Shown here: positions 39,536-51,010 of the stretch, in pieces
How positions within the stretch are numbered: position 1 is the first letter of the stretch
How the letters are laid out: every line of letters starts with the position of its first letter
Assembly (NCBI GenBank): GCA_013265495.1
Contig: MU058065.1
Location: forward strand, 7,130,302 to 7,194,301
Length of the DNA stretch: 64,000 nucleotides
Reading direction: 5' to 3'
From: Vicugna vicugna
Lineage: Eukaryota
Notes under the pieces: model-generated
Seen by the model: the letters and a program-made list of their open reading frames with translations, nothing else
What the model was told of the DNA's origin: nothing
The model's database searches: none
Position numbers and translations under genes: made by a program

Positions 39536-40029
39536 GATGCTGATGACATGAGTGCTTGTGGAATGAAGTTGGTCACAGAAGTGCACAGTTCCAAGGTGAG
39601 AGCCATAATAAGGGCCTGGAACTCAGGGGTCCAGCTGCAGGAGTTTGAGGTGGGGAAGCTGAAGGGTCAGTTTCAGCCTGGACCTTCAGTTGGCATCTGG
39701 AAGATCAGTAGGTTCAGTGCCTGCTCTTGGTTTCTATCTTACTTCTGTTTATTTTTAATCTGCTCTACCAGGCTGAAAACCACCTGAGGGTAGAGCCTGT
39801 GTTTTTTTCATTATTGTATTCTCATAACACGGGAATTCAAAATAGATATTTATTGAACAAGATCACAATTTGGGGTCTGTGGGTTTGTGGCCACCACTTG
39901 ACAAAGTAATGTAGTCAACTGACTGGAAGAGAGAAAGTCTGGACGAATGGGTTTCATCAAGTGAGGAACTTGAACCAGGTCAGCAACAGGAGTCCTGGAA
40001 ATCCTTGCAGGAAATAGGGTACATTAATC

Positions 40030-40190
40030 AATCTAAGCTTCAGTCTCTGCCTCTGTAAAGCCAGGGTGAAAATAGGGGAAATGTGGTATTTAACTCTTGG
40101 GGTTGTGAGAATTAAATGAGACAACACATATAGAGCACTTAGAACTATTCCTGATACTTAGTAAGCACTCAGATTTAGTTGTTAATATTA
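40030..40190 (+). mobile_element. MIR SINE
   Basis: cttcagtctctgcctctgtaaa...ggttgtgagaattaaatgagacaacacatatagagcacttagaac. Confidence 0.75.
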
Positions 40191-40470
40191 ATATTACAGT
40201 AAGTGATTGTAATAAAAAAGTCACGTCTCAGAGAGACTGTAGAAGCAGAAACTCTATTTCATTCTGTTTGTCAGCCACTAACTGCCCACGTCATAGGAGG
40301 AACTGTGGAGAAGAACAAACAGCAGCTCAACTTACTATAACTTACTAATCCCAAGATGATCAGCCACCAGCATCATCATCATTGTTCCTGCAGATGGGAT
40401 GCTCATTAAAGCGCATAATGATATTATTGACTTTGGAAGGTTTATATAGTGGTCTTTCAGCCATCTTCTT

Positions 40471-40567
40471 TTTTTTCTTTTTCTTTCTTTCTTTTATTTT
40501 AATGGAAGTACTGGGGATGGAAGCAAGCTAAGCATGTGCTCTACCACTGAGCTATTACCCTCCCCAC
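40471..40567 (-). mobile_element. tRNA-Ala-derived SINE (vic-1-like), internally deleted
   Basis: Reverse complement ggggagggtaatagctcagtggtagagcacatgcttagc; perfect 14-bp TSD tcagccatcttctt at 40457-40470 / 40568-40581. Confidence 0.85.
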
Positions 40568-41999
40568 TCAGCCATCTTCTTAAAATAAATAAATATATGC
40601 ATCACTCTTTACGGAGCTCTTTGAAAGAAGGGGACATATCTCATTTGTTTCACCATCTTACATATCTAGCACAGCGCAAGACACACAGGAAGTGCTAAAT
40701 ATATTTCTGAATAAATGAGTGAATCCTATTCGAGGAAGGCATTGATTTGGAACATTGGTTCAAGATAATCCAGAATCACTGGCGATTTAGTAGCAATGGA
40801 ATTGAAAACCCCAAAGCTTCCTTAGAGACCTTTCCATATGTGGGAGTTCTCATTATATGATGGTGTGTCTGTCACCAACAGCTTTTACCCACTGAAACCA
40901 ATTCCAGATTTGGATCTAGCAGGTGACTCTATAGGAAAGAGAGAGTTAAACACCAGACTTGCCCTAATTAAAGGTCATTCAGTCTAGGCTTTGGAAGGAT
41001 ACAGTATGATATAACTCTCATTAACTTCATCAACAATGCCATGATCAATTTGAAGAGTTGAGCTGATGTGGCTTATCAGGGGATCTTAGCTGCTATGACA
41101 CCATGGCCTGGCTTGAGGCCCTCAGCCAAAGCTAAGCATTGGGTGGGTAACTTGGCTCTCTCAACAGCCTGCCTGGCCCACTCTGGTGGTATGTGTCAGG
41201 GCAGCAAGAATGCATTGCCTAAGCTAGGAATGTGGACTGTCTCTGAGGGCTGGAGGAGAAAAGGAATGGAGGGAGGGAGCTCTGATTATGGTGGTGGAAC
41301 AAGAGAACAGGTTGTCCAGAAGGACATGTAAGCAGTCCTTGAATCCAGCATCCTTGCTGTCATCCACAGTTACTCACAGTTAATGACTACGATTATTGTT
41401 CTGGGGCAGGGAAAGGGTGGAGCCAAACCAGGATCAAATGACAGGGCACATTCCATATCTAGTGTGCATAGGTGTAAACTTGACCTTGGGATAAAGTAGG
41501 TGTGGCTGGGATTGCCATGACTCTACGGGAGGCCCCTACTCTTAATCTTAGAAAGAGGTCTGTCTACTCATTCCAAGGATACTTTCAGAGCCTATTTTCT
41601 CAAAGGGGCACATCCTGATTTAATGGCTGGAAGGACACTACAAGTCCTGTCTTCTCCCCATCCTAACCCTTCCCCATGCAGGCAAAAAAGGACCCCTGAT
41701 AATCCCATTCCCGTTCCTTTGCTGATTGCTAATTAATTTTAGCATATGGAACATTTTTAATAAGAACAGTTTCATCTCACTGCTTTGGAGTTTGGGCTTG
41801 AAAGGCAGAGCCTTAGGACTTTGAAATGTTTTGTAGAGAAGACATTGCTGTATGGGGCTCCTCTTTTACCAAGCCCCTTTCCCATTGGAGGGAACTAAAC
41901 CCTCTCTAAAGTGACTCATCCCACGGGTGACAAGGTGGCTGTGATCTAAGTCTCTGGTGCAGCCAGCTTGATTGTATGAATAATATGTTACTTTCTCTC

Positions 42000-43190
42000 T
42001 TTGCTCAGCCATCCTAATAATCTTCTGACATTCCTAGAATATACCAGGCTTTTTCCTGCCTAGACACTTCACTGCCCTGGTCTTTGCATGACTGGCTCTT
42101 TTCTATTCTTCAGACCCCAGCACAAAGCTTCTCACAGAGGTCTTTTCTGACCACTCATTGTCTAAAGTAGGTGTTCCAGCTCTAGCTCCCCCAGTAAGCT
42201 CTAGGACAGCCCTCTAGTACTTTCTTTTCTGGCCCTCTTCACAATTCTAATTGTGTTCATGCATTATTCACTTGTTTGTTGTCTTTAGAGTGTGAGGTCT
42301 GGGAGGGTGGGCCTGTCTTGTTCACTGCTGTATTTTCAGGGCACAGGACCAACCTAGTATACTTAGCATATTTAAGTCTCTATCACACATACTTTAGTAC
42401 TTCTGTAATTTCTGAGGATGTGAGCTGAACACGGTCTTTGAAAGCTTAAGGTCTAGTTGGGAAGACAGAAAATTTCTCAATAGCACTTGCGATAATTGCT
42501 TTGAGAGAGAAAGGACAGGGAGTTGCTGGAGGAACATCCAAACAGGTCTGTAGAAGTTAGAGGAGGTTTTCTCCTGGAAAATATAAGTACTGAGACCTAA
42601 AGAAAGTAGAAATTAACCAAAGAAAGAGGGAGAGAATTCTGGGCAGAGAAGATAGCATGTGCAAAGTCCTCAAGGTGGAAAGATGATGGCATTTCTGAGG
42701 ACCTGGAAGCTTGGTAGGTACAAGAGGGTGAGCAGCAAGAGATGAGAATGGAGACACAGCAGCAGCTAGAGCACAGCATGGTGAAGCCATAGTAGATTTG
42801 GATTTTATTCTGTAGGAAATGGAGAGCTACCAAAGAGCTATAAGCAGAGAGAGGCATGATTCAATGTTTACTTTTGGAGGATCACTCTGCTTTGTGGGGG
42901 GTAAGCAGCTGGAGGGGCAAGACTAAAGAAAGGGTAAACATATAAGGGGTATACTGGTCCAGGAGAGCAAAGATGGCAGCCTGGACTAGGAAGGTGGCCA
43001 TGGGGATGGAAACCAGGAGAACAGTTCCTTAGTATTTAGGAGTTAGGTCTAAAGATAGGTGATTGACTACAAGGTAAAGGAATGGAGCGTCAGAGTGCTT
43101 AGTGAGGCTTGGGTGGAGACAGAGATGAAACCATTTGCCTTGGGCACCTGTGTGGATGGCAGTGGTGTTCATGGAGACGGGAAAGCCAGG
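42000..43190. mobile_element. Two adjacent L2 fragments in opposite orientation (+ about 42000-42380, - about 42400-43190)
   Basis: L2 3' text (tagagtgtgaggtctgggagggtgggcctgtcttgttcactgctgtattt), then antisense L2 (gatttggattttattctgtaggaaatggagagc...ggatcactctgc). Confidence 0.7.
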
Positions 43191-43512
43191 GGGAGGAGAG
43201 GTACCAAGCATCTCACCACCTCTGGACCATCCTTCTTTTCTCTTTCCCTTGGGAAATTCCAACTGCCCTAGAGACTGAGAATAAATGCCATCTCTTCCTT
43301 GAAGTTCCCCACTGAACCCTCCTCTGAACTATAGCACCAAGAACTGGCCCACATCCTTTGTCACTTGTGTACATTACTCTGAATTATTTCATCCAAGTTA
43401 GTCTTGTCTTTCCAACTAGGTTACAAGCCCCTTGGTGACAGAACCATTTGTCCCAGTGACTAGCATGGCATGGGGCTGAGTACATGGAGAATGCTCAGTC
43501 CTTAGGAACTTT

Positions 43513-43865
43513 TAGTCAGCCTTCTCCAGAGAAACAGAACCAATAAAATGTGTCCACATGTAGAAAGAGACTTATTATAAGGAATTGGCTCAGGCACTTA
43601 CTGAAGCTGGGAAGTTCAAAATCTGCAGTGTGAGCTGGCAGGCTGGAGACCCCAGAAAAACTGATGGTGCAGGTGAATTCTGAAGGCAGTCTGCTGAAGA
43701 ACTTCCTCTAACTTGGGCAGGCTGCTCTTTCTGTTCTATTCAGGCCTTTAACTGATTAGATGTGGCCCACCTACAGTATGGAGGACAATCTGCTTACTCA
43801 AAGTCTGATTTAAGTGTTTTTTTTTGAGTTTAAATGTTAATCTCATCTAAAATCATCTTTCAGTT
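43513..43865 (-). mobile_element. ERVL MLT2-type solo LTR
   Basis: tagtcagccttctccagagaaacagaaccaata...ttattataaggaattggctca...ttcaggcctttaactgattagatgtggcccacc. Confidence 0.85.
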
Positions 43866-44265
43866 GTTATAAGAAGTTAATAAGTCAAATATTTCTAAGG
43901 CATTTAGAGTGGTGTCAGGCACATAAGAAATATTGTGTAAAGCTGAATTCAATAAATAAAACTTGTTAAAAAAACACAACTATGCCTTTCAAGTAGACAC
44001 ACAGAATTCTATATTCAGGGACTATATGAGTGATTTTACGCAAATCATAATCATGCTTTTAGGGTAAATGTGTGGTCAGGTTGGCAAGGCTGTAACTTTT
44101 TGGATTTCATAGGCTCATATATTGAAGTTGGAAAAGCATGCCTGGGCCCAGAGAGGTGAAGTGATTTTCCCAAGGTCACCCAGCAAGGTAGTGCCAGAGC
44201 CAGGAGTGGAACCCATATTTCTAGACATCCATGTTTGAGTTTTTTCTTGAGTGAGGACAACTTGA

Positions 44266-44267
44266 GT

Positions 44268-44310
<43 letters not shown>
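44266..44310 (+). repeat. (TG)n microsatellite
   Basis: Direct reading of the sequence. Confidence 0.95.
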
Positions 44311-44311
<1 letters not shown>

Positions 44312-45379
44312 CCCTGCTAAGAGGCCAAGAAACCTCATTGGAACTGTGACTTCTAATTTTTAATTTGGAGATTATAAAACACAAAGAAAGGAGATATTTT
44401 TCCCCAGATGTGTAATCTTTGTCAATGGCTTCTAAAAACAACAGTTTGGACTGGAATGCAAGAAAGGCATCACACAATGTAGGCCTTCATCAAAAATAGC
44501 CAGTTCCATGTCACTGAACTGAGGCAGACTCAGGCCTGGGAGCCCTGGACAGTATGGATTTGCATGGTCACCTGAAGTTCTGAGGGTGAAGTGGAAAAGA
44601 CAGGCAAGATTTCGGATCCAAACTAGAAGGGTAGGGGTGCTCCAGGCTGGAGGTGCACACCAGTCCCTAGGCCTCATGCAGGCCTAGAATCTAGAGTTCC
44701 CACTTGGAATGAGTTTGGGATTTCTAGTTAAGCATAAAGAAATTAGGTAGACCATGGAATTTAGACCAGAATACTTGGACAAATTCTGGATCATGGACTA
44801 GCTTGTTAAACTCTGCTCCAGGGTAACTGGGGTGTGATGATTGAGCCCAGAGTCTGAGTGCCTTGGGTTTAATCTCTCTGTTTCTCTCTTGTGTGCTGGA
44901 AGATGAGGGTGGCCTGCACTGCTCCTCTGAAGGCATCAGAGGTCCACACACAACTGTAAATAGCACTGGGAGTCAGGTTCCTCAGGGGACCCTCGCTGCT
45001 CTCCTAGAAACTCTTTGGGCAACAAGAATTCAAAGAAGTTAGCTTCTTTCACAAAGACTTTGATGCAGCAAAATTCAACATGATATATATGGACAGCCCT
45101 TGGAGGATGCTATAATAGGGTTTGATCTGCATAGGTTCAGTATTTGTCAAGGCAGTAGAATCAGATACCAGTTATGTCCCCAGGATGCCAACTACTCAGA
45201 TGGAGGAGAACGGTCCATTTGTCAGTGTGGCCCACTGACATTCCAGAGAGCAGAAATTCCCCAACTTTCAGAATTTGTGACATGGGAGTGACTGGACTCA
45301 TTGTGCTTTTCTTCCCTCTAAAACTGCTGGATGGCCAGATTTTGTTTTCCCAGCTAAAAGGATTTGTCTTTAGCCTAGT

Positions 45380-46330
45380 ACAAAAGAACTTAGAACCCCA
45401 GATGTCACAAGGGAGAGCTGGAAAGTCAGTGCAGTTTGCAGCCACCTTTTCAGAGATGACCCCAGATCCAGAGACCATGCCTTGAGCGCAACGTTTCAGA
45501 GGATACCTAATGGATAAATAACTTTGGGACCAAGGCCCTGGCTGGCGGGGAGTATGGAAACCTGGAGGGGTCATAAATCTTCAAGAGCATGGTGAATGTT
45601 TGGAACTTTAACCAAACATGATGACTTCTACATGCGCCAGAGCACCCACGGAAAACGGAAATGGGATCACCAATGGGGGAGAGTGCAAAGGCCTCTGAAG
45701 GGAGAGAGGCAGGCCAGTCCTTCAGACAAACTAGAGGGAAAACATGGAAACCTTAATGGGTGGGTGGAGGATGGGTTGGTCTTCTTTTCCACTGTTCTTT
45801 TTCCATCCACAGAATTCCTCAATAATTAGATGACAGGTGTTCTGTAGATGTTATAGATTTGGAATTTTTGGAAAAATGTGATGGGACTCCTTGTATATTT
45901 CAATTTGAGATGTATGCAGATAATGTGGGGTGGCTGGAGATCTGGCCAGAGGCCAGGAAGAGCAGTATTAGCAGCTGCGATGTAGGCCACCAATATTGGT
46001 GCGTGTTGCAGAGGGGGCTGGCTGGATATTTGCAGCTTGAACTATGGAAGGGCAGAGCTTCACCCCTCCCTAACCTCCTCTCCAAGCCACGGGTGGATTC
46101 CGGAACAGGAGGTGTTGGTGGACAGCAGCAAATATTCCAGGACAGAAATTTCCAGCTTGAAAGATCCTTCCTTGGTGGGAAGAGACAGGAATTTAACAAA
46201 GTCCAGCCCAGAACCAGACAAACAAATACATCTGTGAGACAGGAATCCCAAATACAAATATCCAAGCATTAGGGAGAAAGCTGGAAAAAATTAGCACTAA
46301 GAGAGACCTGGGGCAGGAGGGAGAACTGTA
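45380..46330 (+). mobile_element. Long, highly diverged CR1/L3 ORF2 (reverse transcriptase) remnant
   Basis: gtagatgttatagatttggaattt translates to VDVIDLEF ~ CR1 VDVIYLDF. aatttaacaaagtcc ~ FNKxKC, and ggagaaagctggaaaaaattagcactaagagagacctgggg ~ GEEWLESS.EKDLG, in the expected order. Confidence 0.5.
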
Positions 46331-49187
46331 AATTTGTTTCGTACTTGCCCTTGGCTTACCACTGGCTGACCCAGGGCTGAGGGAGGAGGAATGGCGGGTG
46401 GGAGAAGGAGAAAGAGAAGCCAGTACTATTTAGGGCTGCAGACAAACGCAGCTGCAGGTCACAGGGAAGGGCAGTAAGTGGTCTTCTTGTAGACACTGAT
46501 GAGACTATAGCTATTAAGAACTTAGAGGCAAGAGTCTGTGTCCCTGGAGTGACAGATTCGGGAAGAGATTCAAGGAGGAAAAGGTCTGAATGCTCAGCGT
46601 GAGGTCACTTTAGCATTATGAATGAGCCCTTTCTCCTTTGCTGAGGGATAGCACTTTAGGATTTGCTGGTGGTCTGTGCAGCATAAAAAGGGAAAACGGC
46701 AGGAAAAAAGCCAGGCAGCAAAAGAGAGGCTAATGGAATCAGAGGATAAGAAAGTGAGAATCAGAAGGATTCTTAGAGCTCGTCGTGTGTACACTTTTGC
46801 AATGTCCATAAGAAGGGTGAATCGGAGGGGTAGAGGAGGAGCAATTTTAGCCTCCTGGGTTCCTTTGGGTTTTTATAACATAGAATGAAATAAGGGAAGA
46901 GACTTGTATTCAGTTCAAGGTTGTCTTCACTACTTGTAGCTCTAACTTCAGCAATCTCTCTTCTGGGGATGGAGAGAAGGTGAAAAGCTAGAGCCTGGCT
47001 AAACATTGAATAGGAGCAAACATCAGAAGGGGGAATTTTGGAAGCGGCTGGGGTGGGTCACTGGAGCACACCTGAGTGACCTTTCCAGATTTCATTTTTT
47101 CCCTAGTGTCCACAGGAAGCTCAAAGGTGGAAGGCCAGTTGGAGGAAAGGTAGGATGGGAGAAGGGGTTGACATTGCTGGGTGAGCTGATCTCTACCATG
47201 AATATCTTTTAGGGTCCTAACGTAGGAAATGCCTTCTTTGCGATCTCTTCTAGTCCCTGGATTTCCCTCACTTAGTTCTCATAGACACTGCGGGGTTATC
47301 GCCTTTGGAGAGATCTGGAGGCTGGCAGATGTTGCTCCATCTAGAAGCCCCTACTAACAACCCCAGCTGTGTTAGCCAGACTGTTAGGTCCCGACTCTAT
47401 TCCCTGCACCAGGGCTGAGCTGTCTGCTGAAGATTGCCAGGGGATGTGGTTTAAAGCCCTAGACCTCCTCCCAGATATCCTGATTCAGAAATCTGGGGGT
47501 AAGCCTGCAGTCAATATTAAAACAAAACAAAACAAAACAAAATTCTCCTAATGGAATCTGATGTATGATTGGGGTTAGAAACCTCTGTGTCTGAAGACAT
47601 TGCTCTGACTTGGGTCCTTATCTTCCAGAAGGTTTTGAAGTAAAACAGATAGCGTGGTCTTAACATCTGCAGTACTCTCAGACCATTATAAATAACGGCA
47701 GTAAATGTTGAACAAATATGTGAGATTTATATATACAGTGTGCAGAACTCAAAGATAAATAGATTTGTGTTACTGGAATGTCACAATCAATCTAGACAAT
47801 GACAAAATATGTTGACACTTAATTGAAACATGCCTTCTCTTTCAGTGTCTACAAAGTGACCTTCCTCCTGACCACTCTCTTCCTGGTTTGCTAAATTTTC
47901 AAAGCAGCTTCTAGCAGTTTCTATGTATGGCACAGAGGCATAAGCCCTGTGCAGTGTGTGAGGGCTTCTTGTGGACTTCAGAATTCCGTGAAGAATGGGA
48001 TGTTTCAGGTAGTTTGTGTGTGTGCGTGCCTGCACTTGTGACCTTTGATGGGTTTCTGAGATGTTTAACTGAAATGCCTGTACACCCAACATTTGCACAA
48101 GAAAGGCAAGTCAAATAGATGGGGTTGCCATTAGCATGCAGCGAAACTTTCAGGACCTAAGGATGGAATTAAATTGACAGCATGGCAATGACAGTGAGGA
48201 AGCCACAAGAAATGGGGAAGGGGGACTCATCAGTGGTGTCCTTCACCTGGAGAGGGGATGGATTGATCTATTCAGAGAAGCAAAGATTGAGGAGACTTGA
48301 GAAGCTCGATTGCCTCTTCGGATTCCTACAGAGAAGATTGATTTTGTCAGCTCCTCAAACAGGTTAGCAAGTCAACAGAGCTGGAGACAGTCTTTGCTGC
48401 ACACCAGTTATTTGCTTGATCAACAGAGCAAACCCCTGGGGAGTGTTGAAAGAGAGGGGTGCGGCCCATGCCTTTGGCTGACAGCATCTTCAGGAAGGCT
48501 AAGGAAACAAAGGTACAAACTCTAAAAATCTTTTAGGTTTCGTTTACTCAGGCAAAAAGGAGTCCAGACTATAGCAATTAACTGAGTTTGATGAATAGAT
48601 ATAGCTGACCTGGCAAAATCAGACCAACAATCCTTCGACAGTAGACTATGTGGTCTTTATTTTCCTTCCCTAACCCATCCCTCCCCTAAAACACACCCCC
48701 CTGCCCCCACCACGGGTGCCTGCAAAAGCTCAATTTTACTGTCTCATCTGATTTATTTGTCTTCCAGCTCAGGGAACTGTATACATTGAATTTCATTGTT
48801 CCCCAGTTATTTCATGCAGGAAAATCTTGTCTTTCCGGAGAACCAGTGCTGTAGATTTTGCTGCTACTTCTTTCCTTTCCTTTTTTGCCTCCCTCTCCCC
48901 CTCTTTCTCTCTCTCCCTTTCTGCTTCCTTCCAAGGACTGCCTGGCTAGTGTTGGGTCTATGCTGAGCTTTCATTTCATGGTTTTATTCTCTCACTAAAT
49001 CACCTTTACTAAGCACTTACTATGTACCAGTCACTGGGCTAAGCTCTAGTGATACAGAAATAAAAGCCATGCTCTCATTCCTCAGATTGCTCACAGTCCA
49101 GCAGAGAAGATCTCAGATGCTAGGGCATCAAATAATATATACAGAATTTGTTGAACATAATTGAATCTCTAATGCTGAAATTTACAA

Positions 49188-49328
49188 TGTATTTAAAAAA
49201 ATTTTTATTGGGGGTAATTAGGTTTGTTTCTTTATTTATTTAAATGGAGGTACTGGGGATTGGACCCAGGACCTCATGCATGCTAAGCTGCTAAGCACAC
49301 ACTTTACTACTGAACTATGGCTTCCTCC
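49188..49328 (-). mobile_element. tRNA-Ala-derived SINE (vic-1-like)
   Basis: gaggtactggggattggacccaggacctcatgcatgctaagc; perfect 13-bp TSD ctgaaatttacaa at 49175-49187 / 49329-49341. Confidence 0.9.
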
Positions 49329-50114
49329 CTGAAATTTACAACTTCAGAAATGGGTAGATTGGAAAGATGTTTGAACATAGATTTTTAAAACCACCAAAAG
49401 GACTAAAATGATGAAGAAAATCCAACAGGGCCAAGGAGGTTTGCATGTCCTATCAGTCACCCAGCTCTCAGAAGACCTGGTTTTCAAAGACGCTAGAGAG
49501 GTCTCCTACACTCCAGGGGTAGCTCAGTTGTGGGAAAGGCAGAGTGACGGCAAGTGAAGCCAGCCAGAGCACTTAGCTCTAGCCATAGATGACTCTGACT
49601 CTGGCGAAAATTCCCTGTAACTCTCCTGGACTTGGTGTACCTTCCAAAGTCAGAAGAACATTCTCAGATTGTCTAGCTTCTCTGACCTTTGAGAAAAAAT
49701 TTCTCCTTTGTGGTTTAGAAAAGAGGTAGAGTGAAGGAAAAAAAGGAAAAAGGAAAAATAAAAGAAAGTATCAGTTTAATAACCCCTCAATTGTAAAAAT
49801 GGGCAAAATCTTCAGGGGAAATGAACATGATTCAGAGGAGGAGGGACTGGGCATTTGGAAAATGTGGCTTTCCCTGCCAAGTGCCTGCTTACTGCAGGGA
49901 AGCTCATATGAGCCCCAGTGTGCATGAAAGTGGATCTCTTTGGAGCAAATTGTTTAATTTGATCTGGGAATGGAATGTATCTTGTACACCTCCTTTTTCA
50001 AGGAACTGACATATTTCCAGCTTGTAATTCAGTTTACTTAAGATGAGGACAAAACAGATCATGGCATTTCCAGAAAGTCTAGGATGGCAAAAAATTCCCC
50101 ACTCATGCTCTGCA

Positions 50115-50117
<3 letters not shown>

Positions 50118-50153
<36 letters not shown>

Positions 50154-50170
50154 AAACACACAAACACACA
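50118..50170 (+). repeat. (CA)n microsatellite with interrupted tail
   Basis: Direct reading of the sequence. Confidence 0.95.
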
Positions 50171-50872
50171 TACTCTGTCTCCATTGGGTGGGGCATTGTA
50201 CCAAACTCCAACAGCTTTGATTCCCATATACCATTTAGTTGCCATCACATGAAGAAAACTGGTTGTGGGGTAAAATTTAGTGGTTGAATTCTTCTCTAAA
50301 AAAGATGGCAAACATTATAAATACACAATGCTCCCACATGGTGTATGGTGGGTCCTGTCCTTCCTGGATAAGAATGCTTATTTTGTGGAACTGATTTATG
50401 TAGACCTTCTCTTAGTGGAAGAAGAAGACCCTCTGGGTTCATTACCAAAAATAGTGGATTTGAGGTTTTGAGACCTCAGGAACACATTGGACACGGCTGT
50501 GACTATAAAAAGGGACTTGGGGGGTTTATCTCTCAACATCTGGAAAAAGAAGTAATTTTAAAAGTTTGAACCTATAGACATTTTGCAAGTTATAAGCTAT
50601 ATAGTCTGAGGAATTCTGTATGTCTTTCTAGGCTATGAAATGTTTTTATGTTAAGGATTTTGGTGTGTTATTTTCTGTTTACCAGGAAGCCCCCCTCCCT
50701 TCCCTCAAAAGAGTGAAGTGGGCTTATAGCCAGAAGAATTAAATTAGAAACAAACAAAATACTTTAACTCTGTTCTTAAGAAAGGGACAAAAGCCCTAGA
50801 TGACTCTGCTAGAAAACTATTTTTGGTTTGGTTGCCTTTGTGTCTGTTTCATGCAGGTTAAATTTGACTATT

Positions 50873-51010
50873 AAAAATTGTTTTGTTTATTTTTTGGGGG
50901 GGAGGTAATTAAGTTTGCATATTTAGTTTTGGTGGGAGTCCTGGGGATTGAACCCAGGACCTTGTGTATGCTACACATGCACTCTGCCAGTTGAGTTACA
51001 CCCTTCCCCC
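50873..51010 (-). mobile_element. tRNA-Ala-derived SINE (vic-1-like)
   Basis: ctggggattgaacccaggaccttgtgtatgctacacatgcactct; TSD taaat(t/g)tgactatt at 50859-50872 / 51011-51024. Confidence 0.9.

Noticed and set aside
36190..39760. Target-site duplication and poly(A) tail for the retrocopy
   Set aside because: I searched both ends by eye and found no convincing duplication or A-tract remaining.
45859..46272. 137-aa ORF as a novel gene or endogenous viral element
   Set aside because: Non-ATG start, and better explained as a decayed CR1/L3 ORF2.
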